A stretch of 64,000 nt of DNA from Eledone cirrhosa (GCA_964016885.1 OZ024743.1:316572001-316636000), one strand, 5' to 3'. Numbered from the stretch's first letter, positions 1 through 14,285 are shown. Translations and numbers: made by a program. Notes: generated from the sequence alone by a model not told the origin.

Positions 1-139
1 TGTAAGGAATGTAGAGAATAATAATAATAATATTAATAATAATAATGTCCGTTTACAATTGTTTCACTACTCCATATAATATTTCTGGATCAGATGACTA
101 TATATCATAATTGATCTGGTTCAGTTGAAAATAATTAAC

Positions 140-176
140 ATATGTATGTGTATATATATATATTTATATGTATGTG

Positions 177-207
<31 letters not shown>

Positions 208-667
208 GTATATATATATATGTACGTATGTATGTGTATATATATATATGTACGTATGTATGTGTATATATATATATGTACGTATGTGTATATATATATA
301 TATATGTACGTATGTGTATATATATATATGTACGTATGTGTATATATATATATATATATGTACGTATGTGTATATATATATATATGTATGTATATATATA
401 TATGTGTGTATATATATATATATATGTATGTGTATATATATATGTATGTATGTGTATATATATATATGTATGTATGTGTATATATATATATATATGTATG
501 TGTATATATATATATGTATGTATGTGTATATATATATATATATATGTGTATATATATATATATATATGTGTATATATATATATATGTATGTATATATATA
601 TATGTATGTATGTGTAAATATATATATATGTATGTGTAAATATGTATGTATGTGTGTATATATATAT
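140..667. repeat. (TA)n/(TATG)n compound microsatellite
   Basis: Pure TA/TATG/TACG runs; explains the YIYI ORFs at 125-706. Confidence 0.97.
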
Positions 668-3543
668 CATCATCACCGTTTTACGTCCATTCTTCCACGC
701 TAGCATGGGTTAGACGGGTTTTCCTGTTGTGGGCAGTGTCTGGTCGGCTGACCATGCCTTGCTCATACAGGAACTGATTTGGCTTGATTTCTACAGCTGG
801 ATGCCCTTCCTAACACCAACCTCATTTACAGTGAGTGCTGGGTGCTTTTTCGTGGCGCCTACACGTCCACTTTACAGTGTGGGCTGGGTGCTTTTTTGCT
901 GTGGCACCTCCACGACCACCTTGCGGTGGGGAATGTGGGGGCATATTGTCTATATGCTTCAGCTTGTACCCATGGGAGGTCGGGTACTCTGTATTACTGC
1001 GTGACGCCAGAGGTCACGGTCGTGTGTCATTGCCTTTGAGAGGTGTAATTGGATAAGGTCGGCTTTTATCATCTCATCCCAGGTCATCTTGAGTCTCCCC
1101 ACTCCGCGGTTTCCATCGACTTCTAGTGCTCTGCACCTTTTTATGCAGCTGTCATCCTTCATACGCATCACATCTCCATACTAGCTCAATCGCCTCTCCT
1201 ACACACAGCATTTGATTCCTCTTATGCTCAGTCTCTCTCTCAATTCATTTATGCTTTGTCGTTCACGTATATTACTGTTACACATCCATCGGAGCATGCA
1301 GGCTTCGTTTCTCTCTAATCTACGTAAGTCTTTCACCTTCAACGCCCAGGTCTCACTACCATGCAACATTGCTGTTCGGATACATGCATCATACAGTCTG
1401 CCTTTCATTCTGAGGGAGAAGCCTTTTGCAGCTAGCAGTGGTAGTAGTTCCCTAAACTTCTTCCATCCCGTTCTTACCCTAGTTATTGTACTTTCTGAAC
1501 ACCCACCTCCGCTGCTAATTCGGTCACCTAGGTAGCAGAAGCTGTCTACTGTTTCTACAGAGCCCTCCCAGAGATTGGTGGTACTTGTTTCCTTTGGCTG
1601 TTTGCTGCTTGCTGTCCCAGCACAGCTGCTGCATGTGAAGCCTACATTCTTAATTAAACTTCCTGAGATCCCGCTACATCTCTTGTGTACCCATTGTTTG
1701 CATTTGGGGTAGAGAATGGAGTTCCTACCTACACCTTTCCTACATACTGAGCAAAGCCATTTCCCTGAGGGGATCTGGGTTCTGTTTTCTCGTCTACTTA
1801 CAAGGACCTTAGTCTTTGTCATGTTGACTTTGAGACCCTTTCTTTCTAGTCCCTGCTTCCAAGTTTGGAATTTCTTCTCTAGTTCTACCATAGATTCAGC
1901 TATAAGTGCGAGGTCATCAGCATACAGGAGTTCCCATGGGCATCCGGTCTTAAACTCCTCCGTTATTGCCTGCAGGACTATGATGAACAGGAGGGGGCTA
2001 AGAACAGAGCGCTGGTGGACCCCAACCTGTATGCTAAATTACTCGCTATACTCATTTCTAATCCTAACTTTGCTGACTGACCCCTATACATGGCTTGTAC
2101 CGCTTTCACAAGCCATTCATCTACTCCTAGTTTTCTAAGAGCCCACCATATTACAGCACGTGGAACTCTGTCAAAGGCTTTCTCAAGGTCGACAAATGCC
2201 AGGTAGAGTGGCTTACCTTTAGCTAGGTACTTTTCCTGTAACTGTCTCACAAGGAAGAGAGCATCAGTGGTGCCTCTTCCTGGTACAAACCTAATTGGTA
2301 CAAACCTAATTGCATCTCGTCTATTTTCACCCAGTCCCTAATCAACTGTGCTATAACTCTTTCTGTTACTTTCATGACCTGGTCCATCAACTTTATACCT
2401 CTATAGTTTCCTCCATCTAGTGCATCACCTTTACCTTTGTAGCAGTTGACAATGATGCTACTGCACCAATCTTTTAGTATGACACCTAGTATTACCTGGT
2501 TAACAATACGTGTGATTATAGTGTGACCTACAGACCCAGATGCCTTCAGCATCTCGGCAGCTATACCCGATGGACCGGTTGCCTTCCCCATCTTCATATC
2601 TTTGATTGCCTTACTTACTACGTTGCTGCTGACTTTTACTGCTGGCCCCCCTATAGGGTCTACTTGGGGTAGGGTCTCTTCTTCCCATGCATTCTCCTCA
2701 TTTAGTAATCTATCATAATGACTCTTCCATGCATCTTTCTTCTCAGCACTTGTGAGGGCAAGCTCACCTTTATCATTCCGGATACACTTCTCTCCAATGA
2801 CATCACAACTATCTCTGACACACTGCCTCGCAATCTTGAACACCTCCTGTTTCCGGTCCTCACGTTGCAAAACGTGCTTGAATTTTCTATCCTCTGCTTC
2901 CCTCTTAGCTAAGTATACTTGTCGCCTACCTTCCCTCTTGGTTTATATGTAATGTACCCTGCTCCCCCTGTTCTTCCATTCTTTCCATGCCTGTCTCTTG
3001 GCCTTAACTGCTTCATCTACCTTATTGTTCCACCACCATGTCACTCTCCTCCTGCTTGAGGTCTTACTCCAGCCACAGACCTCATCCGTCGCCTCTAGCA
3101 AATTATTTTTTAGGAACTCCCAGTTCTCTTCTATCTGTTCTTCTTTACTGTCGTAGGCGTTGAGTAAAATATCTTTAAATCTGTTACTGGTTAAGGGGTC
3201 TTTCAGCTTCCAGATCTTTCTTCTCCAGGTTGGCCTCTGTTTCCAGGTTCGTCTAGTTCTGACCGTGAGGTCGCTGACAACTAAGCTATGTTGGGATGTA
3301 CATTCCTCACTAGGGAAGACTTTTGTGTTTACGACCGTCCATCTGTCGCGTCCTCTGATGAGGATAAAATCTAACTGACTAGAGTGCTCCCCTGATCTAT
3401 AGGTGATCAGGTGGTTGTCGGGTTTTTTAAAGTTTGTGTTACATATCGACATGTCATTCGCGTCGCAGAATTCTAGAAGTCTGAATCCTTCCTCATTTCT
3501 TGTGCCAACCCCATGGCCTCCATGTACTCTATTGAAGCCGTCG
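668..3543 (-). mobile_element. 5'-truncated, degenerate RTE-clade LINE (partial APE endonuclease, RT, C-terminus, 3' UTR, (CAT)n tail)
   Basis: Minus-strand ORF pieces 2943-3543 ([11 protein letters not shown] end), 2247-2870 (NYRGIKL), 1978-2250 (FVDLEKAFD), YADDL near 1912-1926, 1199-1891 and 959-1171 (GRLKMTW). Stops, frameshifts and a 15-bp duplication at 2281-2310. Confidence 0.93.
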
Positions 3544-3571
3544 CATATATATATATATATATGTATGTATG

Positions 3572-3614
<43 letters not shown>

Positions 3615-3696
3615 GTATGTGTATATATATGTATGTATGTGTATATATATGTATGTATGTGTATATATATGTATGTATGTGTATATGTGTACATAT
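3544..3696. repeat. (TA)n/(TATG)n microsatellite
   Basis: Simple repeat at the 5' truncation point of the LINE. Confidence 0.95.
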
Positions 3697-4306
3697 GTCA
3701 GGTCACCAGTTGGTGCTACTGGTAACATGTATCCCAGTACAACCTGTCTCATGGTCGGGTCGTTGGCGACTAAACTGGCAACCCCACCAAGGTTTCTTGG
3801 TGAGGAGGGTGACTTTGGACATCCTGCAGGACTAAAAACAAAACCTGTCAAAGTGCAAGGAAGCTCTTAAGAGTCAATGGCCATCCAAAATCACCGGGAG
3901 AGATGACCCCTTAGCCTTTGTCAAGGCAGAATTCTAGGAGAGGGAAAATTCTGATATAACACCTGCAACCCTGATGGTATCCAATGATGTTGACTTGTTC
4001 TTCTTTTTGATAAATATCATCTAGGTTAAGAGAGTGGGACTGGCTTTGTGCAGTGCCTTTGCTCACCATAAAAGCTTCACGGCACAGGCATTGCTTTATA
4101 TCTGCAGATCTCTCTGCACTGGTCGTCACATGGTACCATGAGCCCAACACTATGTGTCAATAATTGTCACAAGTGTAGTATTTGTGCCAGAGTTTTCAAG
4201 TCGCTGGCTGGACTGGAAAGTCACACTCGTTCAGCGCATCGGTAGGGGTTCTCCTACATGGATATAAAGTAGTGGCCATACTCGAAAACAAGTTGGCAGC
4301 TACCAT
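3697..4306 (+). mobile_element. Non-autonomous ~610-bp RTE-derived element (element B), copy 1
   Basis: RTE-like 5'-UTR motif (CTAGGAGARGGAAAAYTCTGATAT) joined to the last codons of an RTE-type ORF with a C2H2 finger ([26 protein letters not shown]) and a short 3' UTR ending in TA repeats; 10 copies in the window. Confidence 0.75.
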
Positions 4307-4700
4307 GTATATATATATATGTATGTATATATGTATATATATATGTGCATGTATGTATATATATATGCATGTATATATATGTATGTGTATGTATATGTGT
4401 ATGTATATATGTATATATATATATATATATATATGTGTATATATGTGTGTATGTATATATATGTATATATGTATATATATATATGTATGCATATATATGT
4501 ATATGCATATATGTATATATATGTATATATATGTGTGTGTATATATGGATATGTATGTATATATATATGTATGTATGTGTATATATATATATGTATATAT
4601 ATGTGTGTGTATATATATGTATGTATGTATATATATATGTATATATATGTGTGTGTATATATATGTATGTATGTATATATATATGTATGTATATATATAT

Positions 4701-5310
4701 GTCAGGTCACCAGTTGGTGCTACTGGTAACATGTATCCCAGTACAACCTGTCTCATGGTCGGGTCGTTGGCGACTAAACTGGCAACCCCACCAAGGTTTC
4801 TTGGTGAGGAGGGTGACTTTGGACATCCTGCAGGACTAAAAACAAAACCTGTCAAAGGGCAAAGGAACTCTTAAGAGTCAATGGCCATCCAAAATCACCG
4901 GGAGAGATGACCCCTTACCCTTTGTCAAGGCAGAATTCTAGGAGAAGGAAAACTCTGATATAACACCTGCAACCCTGATGATATGCAATGATGTTGACTT
5001 GTTCTTCTTTTTGGTAAATATCATCTTGGTTAAGAGAGTGGGAATGGCTTTGTGCAGTGCATTTGCTCACTATAAAAGCTTCACGGCACAGGCATTGCTT
5101 TATATCTGGAGATCTCTCTGCACTTGTCATCACATGGTACCAAGGGCCCAGCACTATGTGTCAATAATTGTGACAAGTGTAGTGTTTGTACCAGAGTTTT
5201 CAAGTCGCTGGCCGGACTGAAAAGTCACACTCGTTCAGCGCATCGGTAGGGGTTCTCCTACATGGATATAAAGTAGTAGCCGTACTCGAGAACGAGTTGG
5301 CAGCCACCAT
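4701..5310 (+). mobile_element. Element B, copy 2
   Basis: Near-identical to 3697-4306; flanked by TA/TATG tracts. Confidence 0.8.
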
Positions 5311-5373
5311 GTGTATATATATGTATGTATGTGTATATATATGTATGTATGTGTATATATATGTATGTATGTG

Positions 5374-5430
<57 letters not shown>

Positions 5431-5432
<2 letters not shown>

Positions 5433-6050
5433 CAGGTCACCAGTTGGTCACCAGTTGGTGCTACTGGTAACATGTATCCCAGTACAACCTGTCTCATGGT
5501 CGGGTCATTGGCGACTAAACTGGCAACCCCACCAAGGTTTCTTGGTGAGGAGGGTGACTTTGGACATCCTGCAGGACTAAAAACAAGACCTGTCAAAGGG
5601 CAAAGGAGCTCTTAAGAGTCAATGGCCATCCAAAATCACAGGGAGAGATGACCCCTTAGCCTTTGTCAAGGCAGAATTCTAGGAGAAGGAAAACTCTGAT
5701 ATAACACCTGCAACCCTGATGGTATCCAATGATGTTGACTTGTTCTTCTTTTTGGTAAATATCATCTTGGTTAAGAGAGTGGGACTGGCTTCGTGCACTG
5801 CCTTTGCTCACTATAAAAGCTTCACGGCACAGGCATTGCTTTATATCTGGAGATCTATCTGCACTTGTCGTCACATGGTACCATGGGCCCAGCACTATGT
5901 GTCAATAATTGTGACAAGTGTAGTGTTTGTACCAGAGTTTTCAAGTCGCTGGCTGGACTAAAATATCACACTCGTTCAGCGCATCAGTAGGGGTTCTCCT
6001 CCATGGATATAAAGTAGTGGGGTACTCGAAAACGAGTTGGCAGCCACCAT
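5431..6050 (+). mobile_element. Element B, copy 3 (11-bp duplication GGTCACCAGTT at its 5' end); amplicon equivalents at 9457-10065, 13458-14066, 17393-18013
   Basis: Direct sequence identity. Confidence 0.8.
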
Positions 6051-6187
6051 ATATATATATATGTATGTATGTATATATATATATATATGTATGTATATAT
6101 ATATGTATGTATATATGTATGTATATATATATATATATGTATGTATATATATATGTATGTATATATGTATGTATATATATATGTATG

Positions 6188-6229
<42 letters not shown>

Positions 6230-6273
6230 TATGTATGTATATATATATATATATGTATATGTATATATGTATG

Positions 6274-6326
<53 letters not shown>

Positions 6327-6373
6327 GTATATGTATGTATATATATATATATATGTATATGTATATATGTATG

Positions 6374-6404
<31 letters not shown>

Positions 6405-6971
6405 GTATGTATATATATATATATATGTATATATATGTATGTATATAAAGTTTAGACCTATATATTATTAAAAAATATGTTATTATTACAAAACCATATA
6501 TAATTTTATTAATTATTAACTAATTATCTTGAAAAATTTGTAAATTTTAAATATTCGAATATTTCTAAGCTCATGGAATTTCCGAGAGTTTACAGAAGAA
6601 TAATCCCTTATTTGTAATAGCAGTAGAGCGTAAAGGAAATTGCTAGCGATTTATTAATAATTTAGATAGCTCTAAGGATTAAATGCTATAAAGTTAAAAA
6701 ATTTAATTATCCATCTGAATAATGTAATTAGAGTATGAATTTTATGTTATTTTATAGCAAGTTATAAATTTATAACTCTAACCTGTCATACAGTTATGAC
6801 TGTTAAAAACATAAATTTGTTTGCTATAACGTGTTAACATTTAAAAATTCATTCATTGGAATATATCCAAAGCATAAACCATAAAAAAACTCTTTCATAA
6901 GAGTATATCTGTAGAATATATTTAAAGTATAAATTTTATATATATATAAACATTTTGATATACATATAGAT

Positions 6972-7050
<79 letters not shown>

Positions 7051-7299
7051 CATTAAGCATTTGAAAAATACATAAATACAAAATACAATATAAAATATGA
7101 ATTATAATTTAAATTCTGAATTCTGAATTCTTTGTACCCATCATAGGAATTTTCAGAAAAATCTCCTTCTACAAATCTTTCAGTATCAAGAAAAGTTTTT
7201 CAAGAAAAAATCTTTTTAAGATAGTTATAAGCAGTCATATGAAGGAATCTAATGAATTATCCATAGGTTTAATAAAGATGAGTTATGTATTACAATTTA

Positions 7300-7790
7300 T
7301 ATATATATTTAAACGTTGAGTTCAATCTATGTTTGCAAGAACTGAAAAGATTATTTCTTAAATTAACAGAATTTTTACTTTTTAATATAAAGAATATTTC
7401 CTCTATACAAAGAGCACAATTTTCAGAAGAAGCATTGAATGGAGGAGCTTTGGAGATAATATTCCAAAGTAAAGAATAGTTAGTGTTCTTTTATTTCAGG
7501 TGCCATAGTAAATTAGATAGAGAAGTTGAAGATTTTTTATCTATATTTGTAAAAGAGCTTTTATGGTTATTAAAACGAGACTTAAAATCTGTGGAGGTAG
7601 AGCCTACATAATTAAATGAATTTAAATTAGTTTTTACCTTACAATTATATACTATATTTTTAACTAAACAATTGTTATTTAACGGACAGTTAGATTTATT
7701 TCTACAGTTACATTTATCAAAATTTGAGTTTCTATGTGCCGTATTATTCAGTTGGATATTGCTGGGGTTATTAATAGTATTCTGGTTAGG
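7300..7790 (-). pseudogene. Penelope-like element GIY-YIG endonuclease fragment (copies at ~11303-11793, 15256-15746, 19291-19781)
   Basis: Manual minus-strand translation: CNCRNKSNCPLNNNCLVKNIVYNCKVK...YVGSTSTDFKSRFNNHKSSF...TSLSNLLWHLK*KNTNYSLLWNIISKA...CALCIEE...SCKH. This matches the PLE GIY-YIG pattern and has an in-frame stop. Confidence 0.85.
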
Positions 7791-7871
7791 TTTTAAGTTT
7801 CTATTATTAATTCTATATTTATTTATAAAATAATATTTATTTATAAAATAATATTTATTTATAAAACTAAC

Positions 7872-7952
7872 CTATATTATATTTTATCTGATGAAAGCGC
7901 ACCATAGTTTGATCTGGTGGCCCTTGAAATATGTATAATGAAATAAATATAG
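7872..7952 (+). ncRNA. Type I hammerhead ribozyme (PLE-type); copies at ~11875-11955, 15810-15890, 19863-19943
   Basis: TATTTTAT-CTGATGA-stem II (AAG..CACCA/TGGTG..CTT)-GAAA-TATGTA-TA-ATGAAATA. Core boxes intact; stem I closes the motif. Confidence 0.75.
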
Positions 7953-8075
7953 TTTTATAAATATAGTTTCCATTTGTTAATATATTGTATATTTACTCCA
8001 ATAATTTATTGAGTGCTTTATATCAGTTATACAAATATTTTGCCTGTTGTGGCCCAACAAATTAAATATAACCTC

Positions 8076-8162
<87 letters not shown>

Positions 8163-8164
8163 AT

Positions 8165-8938
8165 CATCATCATCATCGTTTAACGTCCATCTTCCACGCT
8201 TGCATGGTTTGGACGGGAATTTTCCCACTTGAGGCAAGATTGGTTGTCTTGCTCGTATAGGACTTTCTGGCAGGTTTTCTACGGCTGGATGCCCTTCCTA
8301 ACACCAACCACGTTTACAGTGTGGACTGGGAGGTTTTTACGGTGTTACCTACACGGCCACATTACAGCGTGGACTGTGTGTTTTTTTGTCGTGACACCTA
8401 CACGACCTCATTTGTTTCGGGCTGGATGTTGTGACACCAACATAACTTTACATTGAAAGGGGTGGTGTGGATGGGGTGTGGGTAGTGGGACGGGGGTGTT
8501 TTTTGTTAGAGGTGTCTACTGACTGTAGTAGGTTTCACTTTGTAGTTAGGTAAGGCGGGTCTTCTCTATTACTGTGTAGCGCCAAAGCTCTCGGTCCAGT
8601 GACATTGTCTTGGAGAGGTGTAAGTGTGTGAGGTCCGAATTTATCAAGTCGTCCTAGGTTTTTCTGGGTCTGCCTACTCCGTGGCTACCGTCTATTTTTA
8701 TTGCCCTGCACTTTTTTATACAGCTGTCGTCTTTCATGCGCATCACGTGACCATACCAACGTAGTCTTCTCTCGAGTAAACAACATCTGATCCCTCTTAT
8801 TTCTAATTTTTCCCTTAGTTCGTTTATGCTTTGCCATTCAGGTATATTACTATTACACATCCAGCGGAGCATGCAAGCTTTGTTTCTCTCCAGTCTGCGT
8901 ATATCCTCTGCACACAATGCCCATGTTTCACTGCCATT
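8165..8938 (-). mobile_element. RTE LINE 3' fragment (~770 bp); copies at ~12166-12939, 16103-16876, 20160-20933
   Basis: (CAT)n tail, 3' UTR homologous to 33593-33994, and ORF end GSETWAL...RRLRWYGHVMR...GRPRKT. Confidence 0.92.
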
Positions 8939-9405
8939 TCCCTTAGCCTTTGTCAAGGCAGAATTCTAGGAGAAGGAAAACTCTGATATAACACCTGCAA
9001 CCCTGATGATATGCGATGATGTTGACTTGTTCTTCTTTTTGGTAAATATCATCTTGGTTAAGAGAGTGGGAATGGCTTTGTGCAGTGCATTTGCTCACTA
9101 TAAAAGCTTCACGGCACAGGCATTGCTTTATATCTGGAGATCTCTCTGCACTTGTCATCACATGGTACCAAGGGCCCAGCACTATGTGTCAATAATTGTG
9201 ACAAGTGTAGTGTTTGTACCAGAGTTTTCAAGTCGCTGGCCGGACTGAAAAGTCACACTCGTTCAGCTCATCGGTAGGGGTTCTCCTACATGGATATAAA
9301 GTAGTAGCCGTACTCGAGAACGAGTTGGCAGCCACCATGTGTATATATATGTATGTATGTGTATATATATGTATGTATGTGTATATATATGTATGTATGT
9401 GTATT

Positions 9406-9455
<50 letters not shown>

Positions 9456-10172
9456 TGTCAGGTCACCAGTTGGTCACCAGTTGGTGCTACTGGTAACATG
9501 TATCCCAGTACAACCTGTCTCATGGTCGGGTCATTGGCGACCCCACCAAGGTTTCTTGGTGAGGAGGGTGACTTTGGACATCCTGCAGGACTAAAAACAA
9601 GACCTGTCAAAGGGCAAAGGAGCTCTTAAGAGTCAATGGCCATCCAAAATCACAGGGAGAGATGACCCCTTAGCCTTTGTCAAGGCAGAAATCTAGGAGA
9701 AGGAAAACTCTGATATAACACCTGCAACCCTGATGGTATCCAATGATGTTGACTTGTTCTTCTTTTTGGTAAATATCATCTTGGTTAAGAGAGTGGGACT
9801 GGCTTTGTGCAGTGCCTTTGCTCACTATAAAAGCTTCACGTCACAGGCATTGCTTTATATCTGGAGATCTATCTGCACTTGTCGTCACATGGTACCATGG
9901 GCCCAGCACTATGTGTCAATAATTGTGACAAGTGTAGTGTTTGTACCAGAGTTTTCAAGTCGCTGGCTGGACTAAAATATCACACTCGTTCAGCGCATCA
10001 GTAGGGGTTCTCCTCCATGGATATAAAGTAGTGGCCGTACTCGAAAACGAGTTGGCAGCCACCATATATATATATATGTATGTATGTATATATATATATA
10101 TATGTATGTATATATATATGTATGTATATATGTATGTATATATATATGTATGTATGTATATATATATGTATG

Positions 10173-10209
<37 letters not shown>

Positions 10210-10268
10210 GTATGTATATATATATATATATGTATATGTATATATGTATGTATATGTATATATGTATG

Positions 10269-10304
<36 letters not shown>

Positions 10305-10354
10305 TATGTATATGTATATATGTATGTATATATATATATATGTATATATGTATG

Positions 10355-10385
<31 letters not shown>

Positions 10386-10978
10386 GTATGTATATATATA
10401 TATGTATATATATATATGTATGTATATATATATATGTATATATATGTATGTATATAAAGTTTAGACCTATATATTATTAAAAAATATGTTATTATTACAA
10501 AACCATATATAATTTTATTAATTATTAACTAATTATCTTGAAAAATTTGTAAATTTTAAATATTCGAATATTTCTAAGCTCATGGAATTTCCGAGAGTTT
10601 ACAGAAGAATAATCCCTTATTTGTAATAGCAGTAGAGCGTAAAGGAAATTGCTAGCGATTTATTAATAATTTAGATAGCTCTAAGGATTAAATGCTATAA
10701 AGTTAAAAAATTTAATTATCCATCTGAATAATGTAATTAGAGTATGAATTTTATGTTATTTTATAGCAAGTTATAAATTTATAACTCTAACCTGTCATAC
10801 AGTTATGACTGTTAAAAACATAAATTTGTTTGCTATAACGTGTTAACATTTAAAAATTCATTCATTGGAATATATCCAAAGCATAAACCATAAAAAAACT
10901 CTTTCATAAGAGTATATCTGTAGAATATATTTAAAGTATAAATTTTATATATATATAAACATTTTGATATACATATAG

Positions 10979-11053
<75 letters not shown>

Positions 11054-12078
11054 CATTAAGCATTTGAAAAATACATACATACAAAATACAATATAAAATA
11101 TGAATTATAATTTAAATTCTGAATTATGAATTCTTTGTACCCATCATAGGAATTTTCAGAAAAATCTCCTTCTACAAATCTTTCAGTATCAAGAAAAGTT
11201 TTTCAAGAAAAAATCTTTTTAAGATAGTTATAAGCAGTCATATGAAGGAATCTAATGAATTATCCATAGGTTTAATAAAGATGAGTTATGTATTACAATT
11301 TATATATATATTTAAACGTTGAGTTCAATCTATGTTTGCAAGAACTGAAAAGATTATTTCTTAAATTAACAGAATTTTTACTTTTTAATATAAAGAATAT
11401 TTCCTCTATACAAAGAGCACAATTTTCAGAAGAAGCATTGAATGGAGGAGCTTTGGAGATAATATTCCAAAGTAAAGAATAGTTAGTGTTCTTTTATTTC
11501 AGGTGCCATAGTAAATTAGATAGAGAAGTTGAAGATTTTTTATCTATATTTGTAAAAGAGCTTTTATGGTTATTAAAACGAGACTTAAAATCTGTGGAGG
11601 TAGAGCCTACATAATTAAATGAATTTAAATTAGTTTTTACCTTACAATTATATACTATATTTTTAACTAAACAATTGTTATTTAACGGACAGTTAGATTT
11701 ATTTCTACAGTTACATTTATCAAAATTTGAGTTTCTATGTGCCGTATTATTCAGTTGGATATTGCTGGGGTTATTAATAGTATTCTGGTTAGGTTTTAAG
11801 TTTCTATTATTAATTCTATATTTATTTATAAAATAATATTTATTTATAAAATAATATTTATTTATAAAACTAACCTATATTATATTTTATCTGATGAAAG
11901 CGCACCATAGTTTGATCTGGTGGCCCTTGAAATATGTATAATGAAATAAATATAGTTTTATAAATATAGTTTCCATTTGTTAATATATTGTATATTTACT
12001 CCAATAATTTATTGAGTGCTTTATATCAGTTATACAAATATTTTGCCTGTTGTGGCCCAACAAATTAAATATAACCTC

Positions 12079-12163
<85 letters not shown>

Positions 12164-13406
12164 ATCATCATCATCATCGTTTAACGTCCATCTTCCACGC
12201 TTGCATGGTTTGGACGGGAATTTTCCCACTTGAGGCAAGATTGGTTGTCTTGCTCGTATAGGACTTTCTGGCAGGTTTTCTACGGCTGGATGCCCTTCCT
12301 AACACCAACCACGTTTACAGTGTGGACTGGGAGGTTTTTACGGTGTTACCTACACGGCCACATTACAGCGTGGACTGTGTGTTTTTTTGTCGTGACACCT
12401 ACACGACCTCATTTGTTTCGGGCTGGATGTTGTGACACCAACATAACTTTACATTGAAAGGGGTGGTGTGGATGGGGTGTGGGTAGTGGGACGGGGGTGT
12501 TTTTTGTTAGAGGTGTCTACTGACTGTAGTAGGTTTCACTTTGTAGTTAGGTAAGGCGGGTCTTCTCTATTACTGTGTAGCGCCAAAGCTCTCGGTCCAG
12601 TGACATTGTCTTGGAGAGGTGTAAGTGTGTGAGGTCCGAATTTATCAAGTCGTCCTAGGTTTTTCTGGGTCTGCCTACTCCGTGGCTACCGTCTATTTTT
12701 ATTGCCCTGCACTTTTTTATACAGCTGTCGTCTTTCATGCGCATCACGTGACCATACCAACGTAGTCTTCTCTCGAGTAAACAACATCTGATCCCTCTTA
12801 TTTCTAATTTTTCCCTTAGTTCGTTTATGCTTTGCCATTCAGGTATATTACTATTACACATCCAGCGGAGCATGCAAGCTTTGTTTCTCTCCAGTCTGCG
12901 TATATCCTCTGCACACAATGCCCATGTTTCACTGCCATTTCCCTTAGCCTTTGTCAAGGCAGAATTCTAGGAGAAGGAAAACTCTGATATAACACCTGCA
13001 ACCCTGATGATATGCGATGATGTTGACTTGTTCTTCTTTTTGGTAAATATCATCTTGGTTAAGAGAGTGGGAATGGCTTTGTGCAGTGCATTTGCTCACT
13101 ATAAAAGCTTCACGGCACAGGCATTGCTTTATATCTGGAGATCTCTCTGCACTTGTCATCACATGGTACCAAGGGCCCAGCACTATGTGTCAATAATTGT
13201 GACAAGTGTAGTGTTTGTACCAGAGTTTTCAAGTCGCTGGCCGGACTGAAAAGTCACACTCGTTCAGCGCATCGGTAGGGGTTCTCCTACATGGATATAA
13301 AGTAGTAGCCGTACTCGAGAACGAGTTGGCAGCCACCATGTGTATATATATGTATGTATGTGTATATATATGTATGTATGTGTATATATATGTATGTATG
13401 TGTATT

Positions 13407-13456
<50 letters not shown>

Positions 13457-14153
13457 TGTCAGGTCACCAGTTGGTCACCAGTTGGTGCTACTGGTAACAT
13501 GTATCCCAGTACAACCTGTCTCATGGTCGGGTCATTGGCGACCCCACCAAGGTTTCTTGGTGAGGAGGGTGACTTTGGACATCCTGCAGGACTAAAAACA
13601 AGACCTGTCAAAGGGCAAAGGAGCTCTTAAGAGTCAATGGCCATCCAAAATCACAGGGAGAGATGACCCCTTAGCCTTTGTCAAGGCAGAAATCTAGGAG
13701 AAGGAAAACTCTGATATAACACCTGCAACCCTGATGGTATCCAATGATGTTGACTTGTTCTTCTTTTTGGTAAATATCATCTTGGTTAAGAGAGTGGGAC
13801 TGGCTTTGTGCAGTGCCTTTGCTCACTATAAAAGCTTCACGTCACAGGCATTGCTTTATATCTGGAGATCTATCTGCACTTGTCGTCACATGGTACCATG
13901 GGCCCAGCACTATGTGTCAATAATTGTGACAAGTGTAGTGTTTGTACCAGAGTTTTCAAGTCGCTGGCTGGACTAAAATATCACACTCGTTCAGCGCATC
14001 AGTAGGGGTTCTCCTCCATGGATATAAAGTAGTGGCCGTACTCGAAAACGAGTTGGCAGCCACCATATATATATATATGTATGTATGTATATATATATAT
14101 ATATGTATGTATATATATATGTATGTATATATGTATGTATATATATATGTATG

Positions 14154-14190
<37 letters not shown>

Positions 14191-14249
14191 GTATGTATAT
14201 ATATATATATATGTATATGTATATATGTATGTATATGTATATATGTATG

Positions 14250-14285
<36 letters not shown>

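Noticed and set aside
48-135. Possible minus-strand hammerhead (GAAACAATTGTA with palindromic stem III)
   Set aside because: No CTGANGA box or matching stem I nearby; at best a decayed half.
125-706. Long YIYI/CVCM ORFs here and at 4.2-4.9, 6, 10, 14, 18, 29.6-30.3, 33 and 61.7-63.9 kb
   Set aside because: Stop-free translations of TA/TG microsatellites, not genes.
1212-2138. Plus-strand ORFs over LINE bodies (also 22029-23998, 34185-36939)
   Set aside because: Antisense shadows of the RT ORF.
6545-6610. Hammerhead-like remnants here and at ~7135-7195 on the minus strand
   Set aside because: Core boxes deviate (CTGTAAA, CTGAAAGA) and stems are poor.
7285-7479. 64-aa plus-strand ORF repeated four times
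   Set aside because: Antisense to the GIY-YIG remnant; recurrence is due to the amplicon.
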